A program made the translations under genes and the position numbers. A stretch of 64,000 nucleotides of DNA from assembly GCA_903886255.1 (NCBI GenBank), contig CAISLM010000014.1, forward strand, positions 13,562-77,561, written 5' to 3'. Origin of the DNA: Candidatus Collierbacteria bacterium. Its GTDB lineage: Bacteria > Patescibacteriota > Microgenomatia > UBA1400 > MFAQ01. Shown piece after piece: positions 55,015 through 64,000 of this stretch; position 1 is the stretch's first letter, and every line of letters begins with the position of its first letter. Under the pieces are notes generated by a model, which saw nothing but the letters and a program-made list of their open reading frames with translations, made no database searches and was not told where the DNA came from.

Positions 55015-57063
55015 GTGGAGTTCAAAATAAAGTCCGATTATCAGCCGATGGGAGATCAACCTCAAGCAATTGAGAAGCTTTCTGCTGCAATTTCTAAAGG
55101 AAATCCACACCAAACTCTTCTCGGTGTTACCGGATCAGGAAAAACATTCACTGTTGCCAAAGTCATCGAAAAGACACAGCTTCCCACACTAATCATTTCT
55201 CACAACAAAACTCTAGCCAGCCAACTCTATCAAGAATTCCGTGATTATTTCCCGGATAACGCCGTTAGTTACTTTGTTAGTTACTACGATTACTATCAGC
55301 CGGAAGCTTATCTACCTCAAACAGACACATATATTGAAAAAGAGGCTGACATTAACCCCGAAATTGATAAACTTCGTCTCACTACTACTGCCAATCTTCT
55401 TTCTCGTCCCGACAGTATTGTTATCGCCTCAGTCTCGTGTATTTACAACATCGGTTCTCCCGTAGATCAAGAAAAAAACATTCTTACTCTTGCTCGAGGC
55501 CAAATAATTGCCCGTGATACTGTATTGATGAGACTCGGTGATCTTCAGTACACCAGGACAAACGCCGAACTTTCTAGAGGCATGTTTAGAGCCGTCGGTG
55601 GAAACGTTCAGCTTTACCCCTCATACAAAGATATCGTCATTTCTATGGTCTTCGAAGGTACTGTCCTCAAAACAATAGATATCCTTGACCCATACAATTT
55701 TACTAAAATTGAAGATCCGGATTTGGAAAACACAGGTTGGATCACGATAAACCCTGCCAAATTGTTCATTACCGATCCAAAAACTCAAGGTCAGGCCATT
55801 GACAACATTCGCGTCGATCTCCAAAAACAAATTGAAAAATTCAAAAGTGAAGGCAAAACCATCGAAGCATATAGATTGGAACAAAAAGTTAACTATGACT
55901 TGTCTATGCTCGAAGAGGTTGGCTATGTTAATGGTATCGAAAATTACTCACGCTATTTTGACGGCCGCAACCCCGGAGATCCGCCGTATTCTTTAATGGA
56001 ATATTTCCATTACAACGTTAAAAAATTCCATAAATCGAATTTCCTAACTGTAATTGATGAGTCACATATTAGTCTTCCTCAAATAAGGGGAATGTACAAT
56101 GGCGACCAGGCCAGAAAAGAAAATCTAATTAATTATGGTTTTCGTTTACCCAGTGCCAAAGACAATCGGCCTCTAACCTTCACAGAATTTCTTTCACGCA
56201 CGCCACAAAAATTATATTGTTCGGCAACACCTTCAGAATATGAACTTTCTTTATCCAGATCAAGCGCCATCCCCACAATTGCCGAGCAATTAATCCGCCC
56301 CACAGGACTTCTCGATCCTGAAGTTTTCGTTCGCCCCGTTGAAGGTCAAATCGAAGACATAAGCAGAGAAATACTTGAAAGAAAAGCCAAAGGAGAAAGA
56401 ACATTAGTCCTCACTATGACCAAAAAAATGGCCGAGGATTTATCGGAGCATCTAAAAGATAAATACAAAATATTGGTAGAGTATCTCCACTCAGACATAA
56501 AAACACTTGACCGGGCCGATATTCTTGAAAAACTTCGTTTGGGAAATTTTGATTGTTTAGTAGGTATTAATCTTCTTCGTGAGGGGCTTGATCTACCTGA
56601 AGTTTCATTGGTTGCCATTCTGGATGCCGACAAAGAAGGTTTCCTGCGTACACCTACAGCTCTTATTCAAACAATGGGAAGGGCGGCTCGACACATCAAT
56701 GGTCAAGTAATTCTTTACGCGAACAAAATCTCCGCCTCCATGGACATTGCCATGAAAGAAACCGCCAGAAGAAGAATTACTCAAGCTGAATACAATCTCA
56801 AAAACGGAATAACACCTGTCGGTATCATTAAACCAATTCGGGAAGCTCTTATGCACAGAGAGGCATCAGCTCCCGCTCCCAGAATAAAAGAACTCGCTGA
56901 GTTTGGTTGGACGGAAATAGAAGATGTAAACCCACAATCTCTTACACCACAAAAAAAGAAGGCTCTTGTGACCAAACTAAAAAAAATGATGACAATTGCT
57001 GCTAACTCCTGGAACTTCGAATTGGCCGCTCGATATCGTGATACTATCAAAAGACTCCAATAA
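55015..57063 (+). CDS. uvrB: excinuclease ABC subunit B
   Basis: GTG start. MEFKIKSDYQPMGDQPQAI, helicase motifs GVTGSGKT and DESH, the beta-hairpin region, and a C-terminal UvrB/UvrC interaction helix. Confidence 0.95.
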   Translation: MEFKIKSDYQPMGDQPQAIEKLSAAISKGNPHQTLLGVTGSGKTFTVAKVIEKTQLPTLIISHNKTLASQLYQEFRDYFPDNAVSYFVSYYDYYQPEAYLPQTDTYIEKEADINPEIDKLRLTTTANLLSRPDSIVIASVSCIYNIGSPVDQEKNILTLARGQIIARDTVLMRLGDLQYTRTNAELSRGMFRAVGGNVQLYPSYKDIVISMVFEGTVLKTIDILDPYNFTKIEDPDLENTGWITINPAKLFITDPKTQGQAIDNIRVDLQKQIEKFKSEGKTIEAYRLEQKVNYDLSMLEEVGYVNGIENYSRYFDGRNPGDPPYSLMEYFHYNVKKFHKSNFLTVIDESHISLPQIRGMYNGDQARKENLINYGFRLPSAKDNRPLTFTEFLSRTPQKLYCSATPSEYELSLSRSSAIPTIAEQLIRPTGLLDPEVFVRPVEGQIEDISREILERKAKGERTLVLTMTKKMAEDLSEHLKDKYKILVEYLHSDIKTLDRADILEKLRLGNFDCLVGINLLREGLDLPEVSLVAILDADKEGFLRTPTALIQTMGRAARHINGQVILYANKISASMDIAMKETARRRITQAEYNLKNGITPVGIIKPIREALMHREASAPAPRIKELAEFGWTEIEDVNPQSLTPQKKKALVTKLKKMMTIAANSWNFELAARYRDTIKRLQ

Positions 57064-57065
57064 AA

Positions 57066-57092
57066 AGCGGAGTTCTCTTGAACTCCGCTATT
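57066..57092. terminator. hairpin terminator after uvrB
   Basis: AGCGGAGTTctcttgAACTCCGCT 9-bp stem with a weak T tract. Confidence 0.5.
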
Positions 57093-57100
57093 CAATTTCT

Positions 57101-57292
57101 TTAATCGTTCTTTTTTACACGCCCCGCAGACAATGCTTCGTCCAACTCTTTCTGGGTCACATTCGTGGCTGGCACAACGCCGTCACAATCCAAACAAGCA
57201 ACTCCATCAATAATCCAAAGGTTCCTCAATTTAGCCTCCAAACACAAGAATTTGATACCCTGGAGTATATTACAAAGAGATATATTTGTCAA
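57101..57292 (-). CDS. possible 63-aa Cys-containing small protein
   Basis: C7, C17, and CLDC pattern. Lone minus-strand ORF between two plus-strand genes. Confidence 0.2.
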   Translation of the reverse strand: MTNISLCNILQGIKFLCLEAKLRNLWIIDGVACLDCDGVVPATNVTQKELDEALSAGRVKKND

Positions 57293-57356
57293 GAAACAAG
57301 GCTAATCTAAAAATAGCGGCTGGACAAAGTCAGAGATCAGTTTAGAATAAATAGAT

Positions 57357-58853
57357 ATGGACACGCAAGAAATCAACCTTATCCCGGCAGATCAAGCATT
57401 AGATAGTCAAAGAGACGAAGGTTTGCCCAGATCGGCTGAGGAAAAAAATGCTTTGCTGGAAAGGCAATATAACGACGGATTAGACACTGCGGCAAAAAAT
57501 AGTTTGCTGGAAATCGGGATTAACCCGGACGACAACGGACGATTTTCGCCAGAAACTTTTACCTTTGTTAGGAGAATTCTCAAGGAGCGCACAACTCCAT
57601 CAAAGCGAGGGAAACAATATTTGGCATCTGATTCACATTCAAAACGAATTGCCAATCTTATGTACCCATCTATAAAAACTGAGGATCCAAAAACTAAAAA
57701 AAGGTATGACAACTTCGTAACAAATGAAAGAATAATTTTGGAAGAAGGTCATCCCAACAAAAAAATAATAGAGATTCATTATGGTGCAGGAGAAACCGAT
57801 AAAGATTTGGAATTTATTGACCAAATTATTTCTGACCCAGAAAGTTTTGTGAAGGAAACTCTTGGAATTAACAGGCGGATTGGCGAACCATTAGAGTTAA
57901 GTTTAAATCTACGTTATCCCGCTGACATACCCCAAAATGAAAATGTTTTGCGGGAAATCAAAGAAAAAATAGAAGAAAATTCCAAAGATAAATTTAAGAT
58001 TTCTTTAGATTTATCTGTAAAAAATTTACCTTTCACTACTGAACAAATAAAAAAACTTGATGGGGTGATTGATAAACACAAAAAGGAGGTTGGAAGACAT
58101 CCATCTGAACAATATCTGGAAATAAGAGAAGCATCAGTTCGGAATGTTGTCGAAAATATATTAAGTGAACTTCCTGAAACATCAACCCTTTCAAAACTAA
58201 TTAAAATGGACTCCGATTTTGTCATCAAACAGATATATGAAAGTGTCAAAAACTATAAAGGCGGCAACCTCGAAGAAGCCATGGGATACGTTTTTGAGGC
58301 TGCGGTTGCAATTGAAATGAGAGATAACGTCTTTGACGATCAAATGTCCGAATTAATCTGGGGTGCGATGAATGCCAACAAATCAGCCAAAGGAGGAATC
58401 CTGGACCTCACCAGTTCAGACTTTAGAACCCTAAACAGTGAATATCAAAAGTATATGTCTGCTCACTGGTTAGGCCATGGCGACTTCGTTATTGATGAAA
58501 AAATTGCCGGAATTCCTACTGTCACAGCAATAATCGAATGTAAGGTTTCACCAAATGAACACATGCAGGATAGCGTAAGAGGTCAGATTTTAAACGAACT
58601 GGCAAATGTTCAGAAATTTATAGATAAGCACAGTGAAACCGGAAAAGGTGAACTAAGAACACTTTCGGAAAAAGATCTAAGAGTGATAGTCATAAGGCCG
58701 TTACCTGCAGGAAAGGACAATATTCCTAAAAACAGAATGGTCGGTTCAGAAATACTGGGCTCAAGTGTGGTCACAACAATCAGATCAGCAATTTCAACCG
58801 AGGATATGAACATCGTTCGCAAATACATGGGGGGGATCGAGCCGGCGGCTTAA
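57357..58853 (+). CDS. hypothetical 498-aa protein with candidate C-terminal PD-(D/E)xK nuclease-like core
   Basis: No TM or signal. Acidic/Lys-rich helical N-half. In the C-half, ...GYVFEAAVAIE...GGILDLT...HGDFVIDEK-x15-IIECKVS fits helix-E / beta-D / beta-ExK spacing. Confidence 0.5.
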   Translation: MDTQEINLIPADQALDSQRDEGLPRSAEEKNALLERQYNDGLDTAAKNSLLEIGINPDDNGRFSPETFTFVRRILKERTTPSKRGKQYLASDSHSKRIANLMYPSIKTEDPKTKKRYDNFVTNERIILEEGHPNKKIIEIHYGAGETDKDLEFIDQIISDPESFVKETLGINRRIGEPLELSLNLRYPADIPQNENVLREIKEKIEENSKDKFKISLDLSVKNLPFTTEQIKKLDGVIDKHKKEVGRHPSEQYLEIREASVRNVVENILSELPETSTLSKLIKMDSDFVIKQIYESVKNYKGGNLEEAMGYVFEAAVAIEMRDNVFDDQMSELIWGAMNANKSAKGGILDLTSSDFRTLNSEYQKYMSAHWLGHGDFVIDEKIAGIPTVTAIIECKVSPNEHMQDSVRGQILNELANVQKFIDKHSETGKGELRTLSEKDLRVIVIRPLPAGKDNIPKNRMVGSEILGSSVVTTIRSAISTEDMNIVRKYMGGIEPAA

Positions 58854-58924
58854 TCTTTCCATTATCATTTTTGAAAACAAGCATTTCGGGTATTGTTGGG
58901 TGATAGATGATAAAATAGAGCATT

Positions 58925-61849
58925 ATGCCCGAAATCTCACCATCCACTCATTTAATTATTCACGGGGCTCGTCAACACAATCTTAAAAATGTTGATCTGA
59001 CCATCCCAAAGAACAAACTTGTGGTTTTTACCGGAGTTTCAGGCAGTGGCAAATCTAGCATGGCTCACGACACGATCTACGCAGAAGGCCAACGCCGTTA
59101 CGTTGAGTCGCTAAGCTCATATGCTCGCCAATTCTTGGGTGTCATGGACAAGCCGGATGTTGACTCAATTGAAGGTTTATCACCGGCGATTCTCATTGAT
59201 CAGAAACAAGGCAGTCACAACCCAAGAAGCACTGTTGGTACAGTTACTGAAGTCTACGATTATCTCCGTCTCTTATTCGCCAGAATTGGCCATCCACATT
59301 GTCCCAAGTGTGGTCGCGAAATCATGCCCCAAGATATCAACCAGATATATAAATCTGTAGTTGAGCTAGCCGTTTCTCATCCTTTGTATCATAAACAAAA
59401 GGGGACACGTATTTTAATTTTGGCTCCCATTGTCAAAAACCAAAAAGGTGAATTTGCTGACCTTTTTCCCAATTTAAACAAACAAGGAATTGCGGAGGTG
59501 CGTGTTGATGGAAAAATTATTTCAACTCAATCAACACTTTCCCTTTTTAAAAATAATCGTCACAGCATTGAAGCAGTAATTGATAAATTAGTTATTGGAC
59601 AAGTTAATGGTGTTACAGAATATGAGAAACAACGCTTAATTGATTCAATTGAGCAATCAATAAAAATGGCTGATGGCGAAAGTATCATCAGTATTATCGG
59701 TGATGCTTCGCTTTCATTTCCGGAAAACCCGGAAATAATGGAGGACCATTTATTCTCACAAAAGTTGGCTTGTCCGGTCGACAACATTTCCATTCCCGAA
59801 CTAGAACCCCGATACTTTTCTTTTAATGCACCCGACGGCGCCTGTCCCGAGTGTACCGGTCTTGGTACAAAAATGGTTCTTGACACAGAAAGTATTATTT
59901 CTCCAACTCTAACTCTATATGAAGGAGCAATAATTCCATTAGCAGCTCAATTCGAAATGAGGACCTGGTTGGCCAAGCTCATTGTTGAAGCCATGCAATC
60001 GGTTGATTTTTCACCCACAACGCCTCTTTCGCAGATGACAGAAAAACAAAGTCACGCATTATTTTCCGGAACGGGAGATAAAATTTTCGCCGTAAAAGGG
60101 ATAAATCGTCACGGAAAAAACGTAGCATGGAAAAGTCGGTATGAAGGACTCGCAAAAGAATTTGAAAGAAGATATACCGAAAGCTCGTCTGAAGCCTTGA
60201 AAGAAGAAATCGAAAAATATTTAATTAAAAAAACATGTCCGGTCTGTAATGGTACTAGGTTAAAACCGGAAGTTCTGGGGGTCACTGTAGACGGAAAATC
60301 TATTAGTGATGTCACTTCACAATCAATTGAAAATACTGTTATATTTTTCGAAAATCTCGACGCTAAGCTCACAGTATCTGAAAAACAAATTAGTGAGCCA
60401 ATAGTAAAAGAAATTCAAGATAGATTAAGTTTCCTCGTATCTGTGGGACTGGACTACCTCACTCTCGGTAGAGAGTCAGGAACACTTTCAGGAGGAGAAC
60501 TTCAGCGTATTCGCTTAGCTAGTCAAATTGGTTCCCGCCTTACCGGAATACTTTATGTTCTTGATGAACCAACTATTGGATTGCATCAAAGAGACAATGC
60601 AAAGCTCATCAAAACCCTTCAGGAACTTGTTAATTTGGGAAACTCACTTGTTGTCGTGGAACATGACCAACAAACAATGGAGTCAGCTGATCACTTAGTC
60701 GAATTCGGTCCTCATGCCGGAGAAAAAGGCGGAGAGGTTACTTTTCAAGGAACACTCGAAGAAATGAAAAAGTCCGGATGTCTCACTGGTGAATATATAT
60801 CCGGAAAAAAGAAAATCATTGCCAATAAACCCAAAAATATTCCTGAAAGCCAAGGTTCAATTCGTCTCACCGGCTGTAATCATCACAACCTGAAAAAAAT
60901 AGATGCAGAATTTCCCTTAAATCGCTTTATCGCCATAACAGGAGTTTCCGGATCGGGAAAATCATCTTTAATTGTTGACACTTTATATGAGGCCCTTTCT
61001 CAAAAACTAAATTTAATGCACAGGAAGCAAGATATTCCTTACGGATCAATTCTAATCCCGGATATTGTTAAAAGAGTTTCTTTAATTGATCAAAGTCCTA
61101 TTGGGAAAACACCCAGAAGTAATCCCGCCACCTACACAAAAGTTTTCGATCACATTCGACAATTATTTTCAAATACACAAGAGGCTCGTTTCCGTGGATA
61201 CGGTCCGGGAAGATTTAGCTTTAATGTCAAAGGTGGCAGATGCGAAACCTGTCAAGGAGATGGTCAGCTTAAAATCGAGATGCAATTTATGGGAGACATA
61301 TATATCACATGCGAAACCTGTAAAGGTGCCAGATTTAATGAACCGACTCTCGAAGTAGAGTACAAAGGCAAAAATATTGCCGACGTTCTCAATATGACCA
61401 TGGATGACGCAGCTGTCTTTTTCAAAAATATTCCGGTAATCAGCAAAAAACTAGACACAATCAGAAAAGTCGGTCTTGGTTATATAAAACTCGGCCAATC
61501 CGCCCCCACATTATCGGGAGGAGAGGCCCAGCGTGTTAAGCTGGCAACCGAGCTTGCCAAAACGGGAAATGGCCACACAGTTTACATTCTCGATGAACCC
61601 ACAACGGGTCTTCACTTTGACGACTTAAACAAACTTGTTCAAACATTAGTCGATCTTGTAAATCAAAACAATACGGTAATTGTTATCGAACACAACCTTG
61701 ATGTCATTAAAAATGCCGACTACATCATCGACATGGGTCCCGAAGGGGGAGACGAAGGGGGAGAGATAATCGCTACAGGGAATCCACAGAAAGTTGCCGA
61801 TCATTTTGACACGCCAACCTCGCAGGAATTGCGAAAGCTTCTGTTGTAA
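58925..61849 (+). CDS. uvrA: excinuclease ABC subunit A
   Basis: Two ABC modules (GVSGSGKSS x2, LSGGE signatures) and zinc-finger cysteines (CPKCG, CPVCNG, CETCQGDG...CETCKG). Confidence 0.95.
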   Translation: MPEISPSTHLIIHGARQHNLKNVDLTIPKNKLVVFTGVSGSGKSSMAHDTIYAEGQRRYVESLSSYARQFLGVMDKPDVDSIEGLSPAILIDQKQGSHNPRSTVGTVTEVYDYLRLLFARIGHPHCPKCGREIMPQDINQIYKSVVELAVSHPLYHKQKGTRILILAPIVKNQKGEFADLFPNLNKQGIAEVRVDGKIISTQSTLSLFKNNRHSIEAVIDKLVIGQVNGVTEYEKQRLIDSIEQSIKMADGESIISIIGDASLSFPENPEIMEDHLFSQKLACPVDNISIPELEPRYFSFNAPDGACPECTGLGTKMVLDTESIISPTLTLYEGAIIPLAAQFEMRTWLAKLIVEAMQSVDFSPTTPLSQMTEKQSHALFSGTGDKIFAVKGINRHGKNVAWKSRYEGLAKEFERRYTESSSEALKEEIEKYLIKKTCPVCNGTRLKPEVLGVTVDGKSISDVTSQSIENTVIFFENLDAKLTVSEKQISEPIVKEIQDRLSFLVSVGLDYLTLGRESGTLSGGELQRIRLASQIGSRLTGILYVLDEPTIGLHQRDNAKLIKTLQELVNLGNSLVVVEHDQQTMESADHLVEFGPHAGEKGGEVTFQGTLEEMKKSGCLTGEYISGKKKIIANKPKNIPESQGSIRLTGCNHHNLKKIDAEFPLNRFIAITGVSGSGKSSLIVDTLYEALSQKLNLMHRKQDIPYGSILIPDIVKRVSLIDQSPIGKTPRSNPATYTKVFDHIRQLFSNTQEARFRGYGPGRFSFNVKGGRCETCQGDGQLKIEMQFMGDIYITCETCKGARFNEPTLEVEYKGKNIADVLNMTMDDAAVFFKNIPVISKKLDTIRKVGLGYIKLGQSAPTLSGGEAQRVKLATELAKTGNGHTVYILDEPTTGLHFDDLNKLVQTLVDLVNQNNTVIVIEHNLDVIKNADYIIDMGPEGGDEGGEIIATGNPQKVADHFDTPTSQELRKLLL

Positions 61850-61858
61850 TATCAATAG

Positions 61859-63667
61859 ATGAAGAGAATTTCAGGGACAATACAAATAATTCTTCTTCTT
61901 ATTGTTACGCTAACTATTCCCCATAAAGTTTTCGGAATAGATAAGTTTAATACTGATTTCCAGAACTATTATCGAGTAGATCCAAATGGAAATACTCATG
62001 TTACTTTCCTAATAAACCAAACTAACAATCTCTCGGTCGTTTACGCCACCGACTTTGGCTTTAATATCAACGAGACAAAAATTAGCAACGTTAAAGTCAC
62101 AGATGAAGGTACAACGATAATTCCGGATATTGTAAAGACATTAAATCAAACTACAATTTCTTTTCCTTTTGCCAATAAAATAGTCGGCAAAGACAAAGTT
62201 CACACTTTCATCATTGAGTACGATACATCAGATATAGCTACAGAATTTGGAAACACCTGGCAGATAAATATTCCTCGACTGGAAACCGATGAAAATGTAT
62301 CAAGTCGAGAGGTTATACTGACAGTTCCCGGCAGCTTTCCAACTCCGGCATATATAGATCCAAAACCGGATACGATAAATAAAAATGCCTACTATTTTAG
62401 TGGTGATAGATTAAGTAACAAAGCGATTAGCGCCGTTTTTGGACAGACACAATTTTACAAAGGGTCCATTTCCTATCATTTGGTAAACGATTCCGATTCG
62501 CCAGTAACAACCGAGATCGCAATTCCTCCTAACACAGCTTATCAAACCATATTTATAGAAAAAATAGACCCCAAACCTCTTCAAATATCTTCCGACGAAG
62601 ATGGGAATTTTCTGGCAAAGTATCGTTTAGAGAGCAATTCTAAGACTGACGTAAATCTATCGATTTATATAAAACTAAACTTCATCCCCAAGCCAACAAC
62701 CATAATTCCCTCTGATAAACTTCTTCTGTCAAACGATATCTGGAACTTCGACAATGGTGTCTTTACTACCCCCGATATAAAAAATTTAATATCGGCAAAA
62801 TCAATTTATGATTTTGTTGCAGACAAACTGAAATATGATTATGAAAAGGTCAATCGTCAACAATCCCAAAAAACACCCGCGGCAGAGTCGTTAATAAATA
62901 GTCAGAGTGCTATCTGCACTGACTTCGCTAACGTCTTTGTCGCAATAGCGCGGAAGTCCGGTATTCCGGCTCGGGAATTGGAAGGCTTTGGTATATCGGA
63001 AAATCAAGACCTCAAACCTCTTTCGTTAACCCAAGATGTTTTGCATGCTTGGCCGGAATATTTTGATAGAAACAACAGTACGTGGATACAGATAGATCCA
63101 ACTTGGTCTAATACCACAAGGGGTATTGATTACTTTAACAAACTCGATTTTAACCATATCGTTTTTGCCATTCATGGAGTTAGCCCAGATTATCCAATTC
63201 CCGCAGGAGGCTACAAATACAAGGATGAAAAATCAAAAGACGTTTCTATTGAGCCGACAGATCCTGTCACCTTTCCGGAACCAACCTTCACAATTTTGTC
63301 CAGCAATCAAGAGGACAATAGTCTCAAAATTAATGTCAGCAACAATACCGGGGTTTCATATTCAGGCAATACCATAGCCGAGAAAGGCGATTATATAAAT
63401 GAAACAGAACAGCAAATAAACATTCCACCATTCGGAACTACAGAGATGAAATTTAAAGTCATTAAACAGCCACTCATCGGCCAAATTAAAACAAAAGCTA
63501 TAATCTATATCAATGGACAGCGTTTCGAACAAACAATTACTATCGAGCCAATCATCCCGCAGATTGCGTTTTTCTCCGTCATCGGAGTCATTTTGGCAGG
63601 GATTACCTTCCTTGCCAGGCATTTATATCTTCGAAGACAAAAACAAAAAACCATTATATATCGGTAA
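61859..63667 (+). CDS. transglutaminase-like domain protein, signal peptide + C-terminal TM anchor
   Basis: AICTDFANVFVAIARKSGIPAR (Cys), LHAWPEYF (His), WIQIDPT (Asp) form the canonical TGase-like triad. C-terminal IAFFSVIGVILAGITFLA helix. Confidence 0.7.
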   Translation: MKRISGTIQIILLLIVTLTIPHKVFGIDKFNTDFQNYYRVDPNGNTHVTFLINQTNNLSVVYATDFGFNINETKISNVKVTDEGTTIIPDIVKTLNQTTISFPFANKIVGKDKVHTFIIEYDTSDIATEFGNTWQINIPRLETDENVSSREVILTVPGSFPTPAYIDPKPDTINKNAYYFSGDRLSNKAISAVFGQTQFYKGSISYHLVNDSDSPVTTEIAIPPNTAYQTIFIEKIDPKPLQISSDEDGNFLAKYRLESNSKTDVNLSIYIKLNFIPKPTTIIPSDKLLLSNDIWNFDNGVFTTPDIKNLISAKSIYDFVADKLKYDYEKVNRQQSQKTPAAESLINSQSAICTDFANVFVAIARKSGIPARELEGFGISENQDLKPLSLTQDVLHAWPEYFDRNNSTWIQIDPTWSNTTRGIDYFNKLDFNHIVFAIHGVSPDYPIPAGGYKYKDEKSKDVSIEPTDPVTFPEPTFTILSSNQEDNSLKINVSNNTGVSYSGNTIAEKGDYINETEQQINIPPFGTTEMKFKVIKQPLIGQIKTKAIIYINGQRFEQTITIEPIIPQIAFFSVIGVILAGITFLARHLYLRRQKQKTIIYR

Positions 63668-64000
63668 ATCCATAAGCCTAAGGACCAGAATTAAACAACA
63701 CTTCGAAGGCTTCAAGGACGGCTCAACTAGTGCCGCAAGCTTTATTCCCCAAACAAAATTCTTATATTTCAAAATCGTAAATAACGACTTGGAAGCTGTC
63801 ATCACCGAAGCAAATTACATAAAGACATATTTACCCAGATATAACGTAATCACCAAAGATGGCAGGTCAAACATTTACATCATTTTCACAAACTCTCCCG
63901 ACACAAAAATAAAAATTATCCACGCAACCGACATCCAAACACTAGAATTGGATGATTACAAAAAACAAGTATTCGGTCCATACACTTCAACCAAAACTGC
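63612..64000 (+). CDS. uvrC: excinuclease ABC subunit C, N-terminal GIY-YIG domain (3' end outside window)
   Basis: A different frame from the upstream gene reads LPGIYIFEDKNKKPLYIGKSISLRTRIKQHF...YLPRYN (GIY-YIG). Start is TTG 63612 or ATG 63513, overlapping the upstream CDS. Not in the ORF track. Confidence 0.8.
   Translation, partial: MPGIYIFEDKNKKPLYIGKSISLRTRIKQHFEGFKDGSTSAASFIPQTKFLYFKIVNNDLEAVITEANYIKTYLPRYNVITKDGRSNIYIIFTNSPDTKIKIIHATDIQTLELDDYKKQVFGPYTSTKT

Noticed and set aside
56996-57310. 104-aa plus-strand ORF spanning the uvrB stop and terminator
   Set aside because: Out of frame with the uvrB 3' end and runs through the terminator hairpin. No motifs.
1-64000. CRISPR arrays, IS elements/transposases, integrases, rRNA genes
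   Set aside because: Scanned for regularly spaced direct repeats and transposase/integrase-like ORFs and found none. The only non-coding repeats are the tRNA-linked pair and short coding tandem repeats.

Overview
This is an AT-rich, gene-dense 64 kb bacterial fragment with no large non-coding gaps. Many genes overlap by 1-4 nt, and few have a strong SD. Gene content and style (fermentative core, minimal [NiFe] hydrogenase, ribosomal protein with a long K/E tail, many small secreted/lipoproteins) are compatible with a Patescibacteria/CPR-like organism, but that is inference only. Coordinates of features I located by hand (tRNAs, terminators, repeats) may be off by 1-2 nt. Main blocks: (1) partial gatB, a radical-SAM gene divergent from nrdR, MgtC, dnaE, rplS, pyrH. 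(2) An OmpR/HK two-component pair followed by an MFP-ABC-FtsX exporter. (3) An energy island: ADP-forming acetyl-CoA synthetase with an unexpected C-terminal FNR-like domain, 2-oxoacid:ferredoxin oxidoreductase alpha/beta, ferredoxin, a two-gene [NiFe] hydrogenase with maturation protease and hypC, and ppdK. (4) A HemK-like MTase, TfoX-N protein, and a cupredoxin lipoprotein followed by a HIT(VTC2/GDPGP1-like)+Rieske fusion. (5) tRNA-Glu and tRNA-Lys, each followed by a terminator and a copy of a ~58-nt direct repeat. (6) ruvC, ruvA, ruvB, a GH-A hydrolase, holA-like, secreted hypotheticals, a DUF2207 protein, P-type ATPase, DEAD-box helicase, pncB. (7) A sugar-phosphate/lower-glycolysis cluster: pgm, GH57-like, PGI/PMI, ppsA, eno, gpmI. 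(8) rsmI and lexA, then a uvrB-uvrA-uvrC supercluster interrupted by two lipoproteins (one apparently starting at ATT), a 498-aa unknown protein with a candidate PD-(D/E)xK nuclease core between uvrB and uvrA, and a transglutaminase-like membrane protein. No CRISPR array, transposase or rRNA was seen. The hunt candidates ranked highest are the uvrB/uvrA-embedded nuclease-like unknown, the acetyl-CoA synthetase-FNR fusion, the cupredoxin + HIT-Rieske pair, the minimal hydrogenase with a HypC-like fusion neighbour, and the tRNA-linked repeats.
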